39,950 nucleotides of DNA from Flavobacteriales bacterium (lineage in GTDB: Bacteria > Bacteroidota > Bacteroidia > Flavobacteriales_D > Sanyastnellaceae), in assembly GCA_044341475.1 (NCBI GenBank), contig JBIIRP010000001.1, forward strand, positions 1 through 39,950, given 5' to 3'. Of the stretch, positions 24,145 through 32,451 are shown piece after piece. The notes beneath the pieces were generated by a model. That model was not told the origin of the DNA and made no database searches. It was given only the letters and a program-made list of their open reading frames with translations. How positions within the stretch are numbered: the first letter of the stretch is position 1; every line of letters begins with the position of its first letter. The translations under genes and the position numbers were made by a program.

Positions 24145-24765
24145 GTGGCGGACCGATTCCGCACCCTGGAGGGACCGGCGACCGGAGAGTTTCGGGCCAA
24201 AGGTTCGCGGCACCTCGGTTTTGTCTTCCCGGTGTCGACCGCGGAAGAGGCCCTACTCCACGTGGAGACCTTGCGCCGCGCCCATGTCGGGGCCGTACAT
24301 TGCTGCTTTGCCTACCGGCTCGGTGCTGATGGCGCCGTATGGCGGGCGTCGGATGACGGTGAACCGGCCCATTCTGCGGGAACGCCCATCCTCGGCGTGC
24401 TGCGCAGCCGCGAACTGACCCACGTGGTGGCCGCGGTAGTTCGGTACTTCGGGGGGACGAAGCTTGGCATCCCCGGGCTGATCGAGGCCTACCGCGAGGC
24501 AACCGTCGCTGCGCTAGCCGGAGCGATCATCGTCGAACGGGACGTGCTCGTGCGCTGCACCATCGAGTTTCCGTTTGACCGCATCGGAGAGGTGATGCGC
24601 CTGGTCAAGCAATGGAATGGGACGCCGGGAGCGCCCGATTTCACGGGGTCGGCAGCGCGCCTCGAGGTATACCTGCCGCAATCGCAGCATCCTGGGGCTG
24701 CATCCAGTTTGGCACCGCTTGCGGCTTTCGGGGTGCGTGCAAGCTTCCAGCAGGCACCGCTCTGA
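24145..24765 (+). CDS. yigZ: YigZ / IMPACT-family (UPF0029) protein
   Basis: The start is GTG; there is no in-frame ATG nearby. EFRAKGSRHLGFVFPV..HCCFAYRLG..DDGEPAHSAGTPILGVL..VVRYFGGTKLGIPGLIEAY is the IMPACT/YigZ N-terminal domain signature. Confidence 0.85.
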   Translation: MADRFRTLEGPATGEFRAKGSRHLGFVFPVSTAEEALLHVETLRRAHVGAVHCCFAYRLGADGAVWRASDDGEPAHSAGTPILGVLRSRELTHVVAAVVRYFGGTKLGIPGLIEAYREATVAALAGAIIVERDVLVRCTIEFPFDRIGEVMRLVKQWNGTPGAPDFTGSAARLEVYLPQSQHPGAASSLAPLAAFGVRASFQQAPL

Positions 24766-24771
24766 AGCGAA

Positions 24772-25545
24772 TCAGCGCGGCTTGCGAATCACGTACAAGG
24801 TGCGATCCCAACCGAGCGCATACCGCTGGCAGCGATCCTCCCCCACGAGTTTGGTCAAATCCACTACGTCGACCTCAAATCCTGTATCCCTCCACCGCTG
24901 CGGATAGTCCGCATAGCCGTAGAGACGGACGTGGTCCCGCTGCCAGTACAGCCGCTCCCGCTCCGCCGGATCGGTGACCGCCGGGTCTTCTGCGGTATCC
25001 GGATTTTGTCCGTTGATAGGCACGAGCACAATGCCCCAGCCTCCTGGCCGCAGCACACGGAAAAACTCGCGCATCACTTGGCGGTCATCGGCCACGTGTT
25101 CAAGCAGGTGGTTTGCCATAACCACGTCGAACGACGCATCCGGAAACGGAATCGCATGGCAGTCGAAGTGGTGCTCCGCCCACGGGGAATTCAAATCGCC
25201 GGTTATGTAGTCCAAATTCCTCAACCGCTTGAAATAGCGCAAGTAGCAGTACTCCGGAGCGAGATGCAAGAACCGCAGGGGCTCGGTAAAGAAGCTCGTT
25301 TGTTCGCGCAGATAAATCCACACCGCGCGGTGGCGCTCCAGGGAAAGGCTGTGCGGGGCTATAGCGTTCAGGCGGGGTGAGATGCGCCCGTACGGCAGCA
25401 ACTTGCGGTAGGTCCTGCCGGTAATCGGGTCTTCGAAGCGGTTTCCTCGCCAAACAAACGCGACCAGCACCACGGTCCACCGCGTGATCGGCTGCAGCCA
25501 ATGGCGCGGAACAAACCGTGTAAAAAAGGCAATCAGCGATTTCAC
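24772..25545 (-). CDS. Class I SAM-dependent methyltransferase
   Basis: Methyltransferase-fold motifs LHLAPE, FDVVMANHLLEHV and VLRPGGWGIVLVP are present. The ORF-track TTG start at 25605 would place a strong intrinsic terminator inside the CDS. GTG 25545 lies 5 nt after a TACCTTCG box and just past that terminator. Confidence 0.8.
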   Translation of the reverse strand: MKSLIAFFTRFVPRHWLQPITRWTVVLVAFVWRGNRFEDPITGRTYRKLLPYGRISPRLNAIAPHSLSLERHRAVWIYLREQTSFFTEPLRFLHLAPEYCYLRYFKRLRNLDYITGDLNSPWAEHHFDCHAIPFPDASFDVVMANHLLEHVADDRQVMREFFRVLRPGGWGIVLVPINGQNPDTAEDPAVTDPAERERLYWQRDHVRLYGYADYPQRWRDTGFEVDVVDLTKLVGEDRCQRYALGWDRTLYVIRKPR

Positions 25546-25550
25546 GCCGC

Positions 25551-25558
25551 CGAAGGTA
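25551..25558 (-). promoter_or_regulatory. TACCTTCG box, 5 nt before GTG 25545 (methyltransferase)
   Basis: An exact copy on the minus strand, 2 nt after the end of the terminator tail (..TTTTTGTTGCGCAG-TACCTTCG-GCGGC-GTG). Confidence 0.45.
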
Positions 25559-25560
25559 CT

Positions 25561-25602
25561 GCGCAACAAAAAGCCCGCCCCGACGCATCGGAGCGGGCTT
25601 TT
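25561..25602 (-). terminator. Intrinsic terminator after the CRTAC1-like T9SS gene
   Basis: The minus strand reads AAAAGCCCGC..(inner 4-bp stem with one mismatch, CGCA-type tetraloop)..GCGGGCTTTTTGTTGCGC. The outer stem is a perfect 10 bp (25569-25578 with 25593-25602), followed by a U-tract. It lies 20 nt past the TAA at 25623-25625. Confidence 0.8.
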
Positions 25603-25622
25603 CAACCGGCCTCCCGGAAAAC

Positions 25623-28424
25623 TTACTGCACCACCAGGCGCACCACGCTGGTGCCGGCGGACACCGAATACACACCCGGAGCCCAGCCGCTCACATCGAG
25701 TACCGTCCGTCCAGCGGCGGTCGCCACCGGAATTTGATTCACGAGGCGGCCCGTAGCATCTGCGATGACCAGTTCGCGCACGGCTTCCACCGCAGGCCAG
25801 GTCATCACTACCTCACCCGATGCCGGGTTCGGGAAGGCCTGCAGCAGCGACGCTGCAGCCTCCTCCACTCCCACCACCGTCACCGTCACCGGCACCCGGT
25901 CCGACGGGCAGGACACCGAAGGCGTCTCGACCACCCAGTCGTAGAAGAAGTAGTAGTAATTCGTGGCGTTTTGCTGTCCTGCTGTGCTTTGGGTAATCGT
26001 CGCCAACTCGCCCAGAGCGTAGGGGTAGTTCAAGGTCGAACCCAAACCGTCACGCCACAGCTGGGGATTGCCCGTGTAGCACCGCAAGCCGTAGCCTGTT
26101 CCCGCAGGCACCTCGATGCCCAACTGCACCGTGCTTTCGCCATCCGGCACGTTCACAGTCACGTTGTTCCCGACCGGGTTTCCGCCCGCATCGATGACCC
26201 CGATTTCCCGCTCCCCGGCACCATTTGCGAACACCTTGACCGACACGAGCACGAGGTCTTCGTGGGCGTCGAAAATCAGCCAGCGGGTGCTGTTGTCGTG
26301 GTATTGGCCTGCGTCCGTGGTGGTTTCACCGCCCATTGCCGTAACCGGCTCAGATCCTGCAAAATCTTCCACCCAGTAGGTGGTCGTTTCCGTCAGCACC
26401 GGTGTGACGAACGGGTTGCCTTCGAAAATGGGAGTCGCGGCTGCTTCCGCGTCGTACCAGCGCAGGTTTGAACCTGTGGCCGTCAATTCGACAGAACCTG
26501 ATCCATTCACTTCAGCCCCCTGCACCACCGGATTTGCTGGGCTCGGGAACACCGTGAACGTGAACTCTTCCGAATATCCAGCGTTGCCGCAGATGTCCAC
26601 CATGGACACCGAGTACGTTCCGGATTCGGTCACCGTGATGGACTGTGTGGTGGCGTTGTTCGACCACGTCCAAGCCGTGCCGTTCGGGGCAATCAGTTCT
26701 GCCGAGGAGCTCGAGCAGAATTCCAATTCACCTACCAGCGTCACTTGCGGCACACCGGGCTCGACGACGACCACCTCAACCGGGGCGGTCACACCGGCAC
26801 AGCCTTCTGCCGTATAGACGGTTGCCGAATAGACACCTGCCGTTCCCACTTCCAGAACGGCGTCGGTGCTGCCGTTCGACCAGAGGATGGACTCGAACGT
26901 ACCCGGAACCGTCAGCGTCGCAGTGGTGCCTGGGCAGACTTCCGTCGCGCTGGCTTCGATGGCCACTGCAACGGTGCATTCTGCCTCGAGGAGGCTGTGG
27001 TACTGGTCGATGGCCGGGTTTTCGATGACCGTGGTCAAGCCCGCCGGCCATTCGATGGTCACCTGATCGATTTCCGTCGCGGTGCCGATTCCGAACATGC
27101 AGTGGAACGTGTTCGTGATGCCGTAGCTCTCGCCCGCCCGCACTTCGCGGATTTGGGTGCCAAAAGGACCGGTGATGGTCACCTTCGTCCCTACCGCATC
27201 CTTGTTCGACACGATGCCCTGCAAATCGAATGCAATCCAGTGGTTCGTGTTCCCGTCGTTCAGCCACAGCCGGTCCGCGTTTGCGTTGTCCGGGCTGTTG
27301 TAGCCGTTGCCATAGCTCGCATACACGTCCATAAATCCGTCGCGGTTGACGTCGCCGAAGGCGAAGCTGTGCATGGTGTCCGTTGCCGGGAACATGGTCA
27401 TTTCTGTGAAAGTCCCGTCGCCGTTGTTGTGGAAGTAGCGGTGGATTCCCCCGCCGAGCACGACGTCGACGAAGCCGTCGTTGTCGAAGTCCGCAAGTTT
27501 TGCTTGGAGGCAGAATCCGCTCACGCCGAGACCGCTGGCGGCCGTTCCGTCCGTAAAGTGCCCGGTTCCATCGTTGATCATGAGCTTCATCGTCGCAGAG
27601 TGCGTGGTGATGAAGCAATCCCAATCGCCGTCGTTGTCGACGTCCGCAAAGTCGGCTGTCCAGCTTTGCTCATTCAACACGAGCCCGCGGGCATCGGCCT
27701 CTTCCGTGTAGAAGTTCGTGCCGTCGTTCACCCAAAGCTGGTTTTGGCGGCGGGGATCGAAGGGGTCGTTGACGAACTGGCGGCACTTCGCGATCATGAG
27801 ATCGAGGTCGCCGTCGTTGTCGAAGTCGCTCCACACCGTGCCGTAGTTGCCGCTGTGGTCGTTGCCCGGGTAGTTTTGGAGGGCATAATCGGTCAGGTCG
27901 ATGAGCTCCGGTGCCGGAGTCAGTGCTGTGCCGTTGCCACGCCACATCCGGCTGAGGCCGTCGTCATGGCATCCGAAAGCGTCGAGCTGGCCGTCGTTGT
28001 CGATGTCGGCGAAGTTGCAGGCCTGCATGAACATTTGGCCGTTCGTCAACTGCATATCGGAGGCCACACCGACCCCGTCGATGTGCTTCACGTGCACTCC
28101 GTCGTACGACCCGCCGCTGAACACATCCTTGTGGCCGTCGTTGTCGTAGTCGGCGATGACCATGCCCCACTGGTTCGAGTTCGAAACCGTTCCGTAGTTC
28201 ACGGCGGTAAACGCACCGTCCGCCCCTTGGTAGAGCACACGCACTGTTTTCGACTGGTCGAGGACCACGATGTCATCGCGGCCGTCGTTGTCCATGTCCG
28301 TGACGCCCACACAGTTACCGCTTCGGAACGTGCCGGGCAGGTTCGCGGAGGCGTTCGTGAAGGTTTGGCCGAAGGCCGCAGTCGAAAGCGCTACGGCGGG
28401 CAGGAGAAGTCGCACGTGTTTCAT
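25623..28424 (-). CDS. FG-GAP/VCBS beta-propeller + UnbV/ASPIC (CRTAC1-like) protein with Ig-like repeats and T9SS type A C-terminal domain
   Basis: Signal peptide MKHVRLLLPAVALSTAAFGQ. Seven D-x-D/N-x-DG calcium-type FG-GAP repeats are present (DMDNDGRDD, DYDNDGHKD, DIDNDGQLD, DFDNDGDLD, DVDNDGDWD, DFDNDGFVD, DVNRDGFMD). An UnbV/ASPIC segment follows (REVRAGESYGITNTFHCMFGIG..IEWPAG). Three Ig-like repeats come next, and the CTD is LLQAFPNPASGEVVMTW..PGVYSVSA. Confidence 0.85.
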   Translation of the reverse strand: MKHVRLLLPAVALSTAAFGQTFTNASANLPGTFRSGNCVGVTDMDNDGRDDIVVLDQSKTVRVLYQGADGAFTAVNYGTVSNSNQWGMVIADYDNDGHKDVFSGGSYDGVHVKHIDGVGVASDMQLTNGQMFMQACNFADIDNDGQLDAFGCHDDGLSRMWRGNGTALTPAPELIDLTDYALQNYPGNDHSGNYGTVWSDFDNDGDLDLMIAKCRQFVNDPFDPRRQNQLWVNDGTNFYTEEADARGLVLNEQSWTADFADVDNDGDWDCFITTHSATMKLMINDGTGHFTDGTAASGLGVSGFCLQAKLADFDNDGFVDVVLGGGIHRYFHNNGDGTFTEMTMFPATDTMHSFAFGDVNRDGFMDVYASYGNGYNSPDNANADRLWLNDGNTNHWIAFDLQGIVSNKDAVGTKVTITGPFGTQIREVRAGESYGITNTFHCMFGIGTATEIDQVTIEWPAGLTTVIENPAIDQYHSLLEAECTVAVAIEASATEVCPGTTATLTVPGTFESILWSNGSTDAVLEVGTAGVYSATVYTAEGCAGVTAPVEVVVVEPGVPQVTLVGELEFCSSSSAELIAPNGTAWTWSNNATTQSITVTESGTYSVSMVDICGNAGYSEEFTFTVFPSPANPVVQGAEVNGSGSVELTATGSNLRWYDAEAAATPIFEGNPFVTPVLTETTTYWVEDFAGSEPVTAMGGETTTDAGQYHDNSTRWLIFDAHEDLVLVSVKVFANGAGEREIGVIDAGGNPVGNNVTVNVPDGESTVQLGIEVPAGTGYGLRCYTGNPQLWRDGLGSTLNYPYALGELATITQSTAGQQNATNYYYFFYDWVVETPSVSCPSDRVPVTVTVVGVEEAAASLLQAFPNPASGEVVMTWPAVEAVRELVIADATGRLVNQIPVATAAGRTVLDVSGWAPGVYSVSAGTSVVRLVVQ

Positions 28425-28524
28425 GCGGGAAAGTGGTTAAAGTTCAACTTCTTGCGAAAAGGTTGGCGTGAAAGGTACGCAGTTTCCTGCAGGACTCCAC
28501 CCCCGTCTGCGCGGGCGAGCGTTG

Positions 28525-28532
28525 TACCTTCG
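28525..28532 (+). promoter_or_regulatory. TACCTTCG box, 8 nt before ATG 28541 (mtaB)
   Basis: An exact copy in the 116-nt divergent intergenic region. A related TACCTTTC lies on the minus strand at 28477-28470, 45 nt before ATG 28424. Confidence 0.4.
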
Positions 28533-28540
28533 CCGCCGTC

Positions 28541-29824
28541 ATGACCCTCGGTGGAACCGCTGCCTTTCATACCCTCGGGTGCAAGCTGAATTTCAGCGAG
28601 ACGAGCACGCTTGCGCGGATGCTCGATGAGGCAGGCTACGCCCGCGTGTCCGTGGACGACCGCCCGGATGTGGTGGTCATCAATACGTGCAGTGTCACGG
28701 ACCATGCGGACGCCAAATGCCGCAATGCCGTGCGCCGTGCCCGGGCCTCAAACCCCGACGCCTTCGTGGCCGTGGTGGGCTGTTATGCCCAGCTCAAGCC
28801 GCAGGAAATTGCCGCCATCGAAGGTGTGGATGTGGTGCTCGGGGCGGCGGAGAAATTCGACCTGGTCGCCCACCTCGGATCGCGTGGGGTGCACGTGGGC
28901 GAGATCAAGGAACTGCGAACGTTTGTTCCGGGATTCTCCTCTGGAGACCGAACCCGGACCTTCCTGAAGGTCCAGGACGGCTGCAACTACTTCTGCGCAT
29001 TCTGCACGATTCCACTCGCCCGCGGGCGATCGCGAAGCGCGACAGTAGAAGCAACAGTGGCCCAAGCTGAGGCGGCCGCACAGGCTGGGGCTCGGGAAAT
29101 CGTCCTGACCGGCGTGAACATCGGTGATTTCGGGCGGGAGCACGGCGAGTCGTTGGAGGATTTGGTGCGCGCGCTGGACGCCCGCGTCGCGGTGGACCGG
29201 TTCCGCATCAGCAGCATCGAGCCGGACCTGCTCACGGACTCCCTCATCGACTTCGTGGCGGAAAGCCGCGCCTTCATGCCCCACTTCCACCTGCCCCTGC
29301 AGAGTGGCTCCGACCGCATCCTTGCCGCCATGCGCCGACGCTACCGCACCGAGCGCTACGCCAGCCGCATCGAGCGCATCCGCGACCGCATGCCCGACGC
29401 CGCCATCGGCTGCGACGTGATTTCCGGCTTCCCCGGCGAAACCGACGCGGAATTTGCCGCCACACTCGACTTCCTGCAGGCGACCGATGTGACCTACCTG
29501 CATGCCTTTACGTACAGCGAACGGGCGAAGACCACGGCCTTGCGGCTCGACGACGTGGTGCCCGTCCCGGAGCGCAACGAGCGCACCCGTGCCGTCCGAC
29601 AGCTCGGTCTGAAGAAACAACGTGCCCACTGGGAACGCTTTGTCGGGGCAGAACGTCCGGTGCTGTTCGAACACGCGGAAGAAGACGGGCTCAGGTTCGG
29701 CTTCACTCCGGAATATGTCCGGATCGCTGCTCCGGCTGAAGCCGTCCGCCCGAATTTGCCTACATCCGTGCGCATTGAGCGCATCCAAGCGGTAGGCCAT
29801 GCCACCTGTACCCTGCTACCGTAA
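28541..29824 (+). CDS. mtaB: tRNA (ms2t6A37) methylthiotransferase MtaB (radical SAM)
   Basis: The N-terminus AFHTLGCKLNFSETS..VVINTCSVT is the UPF0004 domain. The radical-SAM cluster motif is GCNYFCAFCTIPLARG. The MiaB-family core follows, and the N-terminal motif matches MtaB rather than MiaB or RimO. Confidence 0.88.
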   Translation: MTLGGTAAFHTLGCKLNFSETSTLARMLDEAGYARVSVDDRPDVVVINTCSVTDHADAKCRNAVRRARASNPDAFVAVVGCYAQLKPQEIAAIEGVDVVLGAAEKFDLVAHLGSRGVHVGEIKELRTFVPGFSSGDRTRTFLKVQDGCNYFCAFCTIPLARGRSRSATVEATVAQAEAAAQAGAREIVLTGVNIGDFGREHGESLEDLVRALDARVAVDRFRISSIEPDLLTDSLIDFVAESRAFMPHFHLPLQSGSDRILAAMRRRYRTERYASRIERIRDRMPDAAIGCDVISGFPGETDAEFAATLDFLQATDVTYLHAFTYSERAKTTALRLDDVVPVPERNERTRAVRQLGLKKQRAHWERFVGAERPVLFEHAEEDGLRFGFTPEYVRIAAPAEAVRPNLPTSVRIERIQAVGHATCTLLP

Positions 29825-29827
29825 GCG

Positions 29828-31069
29828 ATGTATCCTACGCTGTACCATGCCTTTTACGACCTGTTCGGTGCGGAATTCCCCGCCCTGAAGCTCGTCAACA
29901 GTTTCGGTTTCTTCGTGGCCCTGGCCTTCGTGGTCGCCGCGCGGCTGCTCGCGGTGGAGATGCGGCGCAAGGAGCGCGAAGGCTGGTTCCGCGGCCCGGA
30001 AGTGCTCATCGAACCGGGACGGCTGGCGCGGCCGGGCGAGATCGCCGTTCAGGCACTCATCGGGTTCGTGATGGGCTGGAAGTTTCTCTACCTGATTTTC
30101 AATGCCTCTGTGCTGTTTCAAGACGGCCGGTTGCCGCAGGAGCACCTGTTCAGCGGGGAGGGCAGCTTGCTCTGGGGCGTGGTGCTGGCGGCCGCTTTTG
30201 CCGGCTACCGGTGGTGGGAAGGGAAGCAGTCCGTAGCGCGGGGCCCCGGTCAGCCGGAACGCGTACGGCTACCGGCATCCGATTTCGTCGGGGGAATCGT
30301 CACGGCCTCTGCCATCGGCGGTTTGGCCGGGGCCAAACTCTTCCACCTGCTCGAGTACCCCGAGGAATTCGTGCGCTTCTTCCGCGAGCCGTCGCCCGCG
30401 AACTTCCTGGGCGGACTGACCGTTTATGGCGGGCTCATCCTCGGAGCCTTGGCAGTCGCGTGGTTTGCGCGGCGCAAAGGCCTGCCGTTCCTGCCGCTGG
30501 CCGACGCTGCAGCTCCGAGCATGATGCTGGCCTATGGCATCGGCCGCATCGGGTGCCAGGTGAGCGGCGACGGCGATTGGGGCATCCCGAATCCCCACCC
30601 GAAGCCGGACTTCCTCGCATGGGCGCCCGACTGGATGTGGGCCTATGCGTACCCGAACAACGTGAACGGCGTGTGGGGTCCGCGCGAGGCGGGCTACACG
30701 GGACGGGAGATCTTGCCGACAGATCCGTGGCCGAGCTTTCCGGGCTACGGAACCTACCTCGACCCGGCGGTCTTTCCGACGCCGTTGTACGAGACGCTGA
30801 TGGCCACTGCCCTGTTTGCGGTGTTGTGGCTGCTCCGCAAACGGCTCGCCGTGCCCGGCATGCTCTTCGGGGCCTACCTCATTGCGAACGGGGTGGAGCG
30901 GTTTCTCATTGAACAGATCCGCGTGAATCCGCCGGTGACCGGCTCGGGACTGAACTTGACGCAGGCGGAAATCATCTCGGTGCTGACCGCCCTCGGCGGC
31001 ATCGTGCTGATCGCGGTGCTCCGAAAGCGGCCCCGGCCAGTTCCTCCCCACCCACCGGTACGCGGTTAA
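29828..31069 (+). CDS. lgt: Prolipoprotein diacylglyceryl transferase
   Basis: This is a multi-pass membrane protein with Lgt motifs GGLTVYGGLILGALAV and YGIGRIGCQVSGDGDWG, plus a C-terminal LIANGVERFLIEQIR segment. It is the long Bacteroidota-type form. Confidence 0.88.
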   Translation: MYPTLYHAFYDLFGAEFPALKLVNSFGFFVALAFVVAARLLAVEMRRKEREGWFRGPEVLIEPGRLARPGEIAVQALIGFVMGWKFLYLIFNASVLFQDGRLPQEHLFSGEGSLLWGVVLAAAFAGYRWWEGKQSVARGPGQPERVRLPASDFVGGIVTASAIGGLAGAKLFHLLEYPEEFVRFFREPSPANFLGGLTVYGGLILGALAVAWFARRKGLPFLPLADAAAPSMMLAYGIGRIGCQVSGDGDWGIPNPHPKPDFLAWAPDWMWAYAYPNNVNGVWGPREAGYTGREILPTDPWPSFPGYGTYLDPAVFPTPLYETLMATALFAVLWLLRKRLAVPGMLFGAYLIANGVERFLIEQIRVNPPVTGSGLNLTQAEIISVLTALGGIVLIAVLRKRPRPVPPHPPVRG

Positions 31070-31099
31070 ACCCCGGCGCCCGCTGGCCGTCCTCCGGTC

Positions 31100-31663
31100 A
31101 TGACCGGTCAGCCCGTTTGGCTCGAAGAGCTGCAGCATCCGCGCTCCTCCGCAGCACGGGAACGGGCCTTCCGCCAGCTCATTGCGGAGTACCAACTCCC
31201 GGTCTACCGCCACGTCCGGCGCCTGCTCGGCAACCACGCGGACGCCGACGACGCCACCCAAGAGACCTTCATCCAGGTGCACCGCTCCATCGGCAGTTTT
31301 CGGCGCGAAGCTCCGTTCCGGGCCTGGATCCTGACCATCGCCGGACGCAAAGCCCTGGACCTCATCGCGCGGCGGCGCTCAGGCGAACTGAGTCTCGACC
31401 TGGCCTACGACCAGGCGGAGCGAGCACTCGTTGCCGACCCGCTGTTCCACGGCGACGCGGCCGAACGCGCGCTTCACGCCGCCGTCCTCGCCCTTCCCGA
31501 GCGCCAGCGCCAGGTCTTTGTGTTGCGCTACTTTGACGAGGTGCCCTATGCAGAAATCTCTGCCACCACGGGCGTCACCGAAGGAGCCCTTAAAGCCTCC
31601 TACCACCATGCCGCAGAGAAAGTCCGGCGCTTCGTCACGGCACTTCCTCTGCCCATCGATTAA
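31100..31663 (+). CDS. ECF-type RNA polymerase sigma-70 family factor
   Basis: Region 2 is VYRHVRRLLGNHADADDATQETFIQVHRSIGSFR..FRAWILTIAGRKALD. Region 4 is LPERQRQVFVLRYFDEVPYAEISATTGVTEGALKASYHHAAEKV. Confidence 0.9.
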   Translation: MTGQPVWLEELQHPRSSAARERAFRQLIAEYQLPVYRHVRRLLGNHADADDATQETFIQVHRSIGSFRREAPFRAWILTIAGRKALDLIARRRSGELSLDLAYDQAERALVADPLFHGDAAERALHAAVLALPERQRQVFVLRYFDEVPYAEISATTGVTEGALKASYHHAAEKVRRFVTALPLPID

Positions 31664-31699
31664 ACCTGAACCCCACCTCCGCTGTCATCGCTTCAACCC

Positions 31700-31993
31700 A
31701 TGGATCCGTTTTCGACCCCTCCCGGCTACTTCGATGCCCTCCCTGAACGCATCGTCCGTCGCACGCGCACTCGGACGCGTCGGCTTCGTATGGTGTGGGC
31801 TTCTGCAGCAGCACTTGCGGCCGGGTGGATTGCGTGGGCGATTTTGCCCGTGCCGGCAGGCGGGCAAAAGCCCTGTGCGACCTTCGCCTGCCTGCTCGAA
31901 ACCACTGCGACGGAGGATTTGCTCCACGACGCCGTGCTCGAGGAACTCGCGGATGACCCCGAAGCGTTTGATGTGCTCACCGAGGATCTCTAA
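31700..31993 (+). CDS. Putative anti-sigma factor (small single-pass membrane protein)
   Basis: It lies directly downstream of the ECF sigma gene. A basic stretch (RRTRTRTRRLR) is followed by one transmembrane segment (MVWASAAALAAGWIAWAILPV). Its stop shares one nt with the next ATG (TAATG). The function is inferred from context only. Confidence 0.5.
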   Translation: MDPFSTPPGYFDALPERIVRRTRTRTRRLRMVWASAAALAAGWIAWAILPVPAGGQKPCATFACLLETTATEDLLHDAVLEELADDPEAFDVLTEDL

Positions 31994-32451
31994 TGCCGAA
32001 CCCCATGGCCCTCGCCCGAACCCTTTGCGTGCTCGCCGGACTGATTTGCGCTGGTGCAGCGGCAGCACAACCTGCCACGAATCCGCGCATTGAATCCCTG
32101 CGCATCGCCTTCGTGACGGAGCGCCTCGAGCTCACGCCTCAGGAAAGTGAGGCGTTTTGGCCCGCGATTCGGGTGCACCACCGCGAGCTCGAATCGTTGC
32201 GGTCGCGCATCGATGCCCTGTACGATGAAGTCAAGGCCGGCGTGTCGGAGAAGCGGGCAACTGAAATCTATGCCCAACTGAACAGTCTCCACCGCGCAGA
32301 GCTCGAGCGTAGGGAACTGCTGATCCGCGATGCGGCAACGACCATCGGGTACGCCCGTGCGCTGCGGCTTCCCGCTGCCGAACGTGAATTCCGGGTCCGT
32401 GTGGCCGAGGAGATTCGGGAGCGGCGCGGCGGTCCCCCACCCCGTCACTGA
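31993..32451 (+). CDS. Periplasmic Spy/CpxP-like (LTXXQ-type) protein, third gene of the ECF module
   Basis: Signal peptide MPNPMALARTLCVLAGLICAGAAAAQ. The helical repeats carry LELTPQESEAFWPAIRVHHRELESLR, which is typical of the periplasmic 'sensor of ECF sigma' proteins of Bacteroidota. Confidence 0.6.
   Translation: MPNPMALARTLCVLAGLICAGAAAAQPATNPRIESLRIAFVTERLELTPQESEAFWPAIRVHHRELESLRSRIDALYDEVKAGVSEKRATEIYAQLNSLHRAELERRELLIRDAATTIGYARALRLPAAEREFRVRVAEEIRERRGGPPPRH

Noticed and set aside
26745-28544. 599-aa plus-strand ORF, antisense to the CRTAC1-like gene
   Set aside because: It is a mirror ORF of a long GC-rich gene. The product is V/R/H/A-rich with no motifs, and its 3' end would run into the mtaB start.
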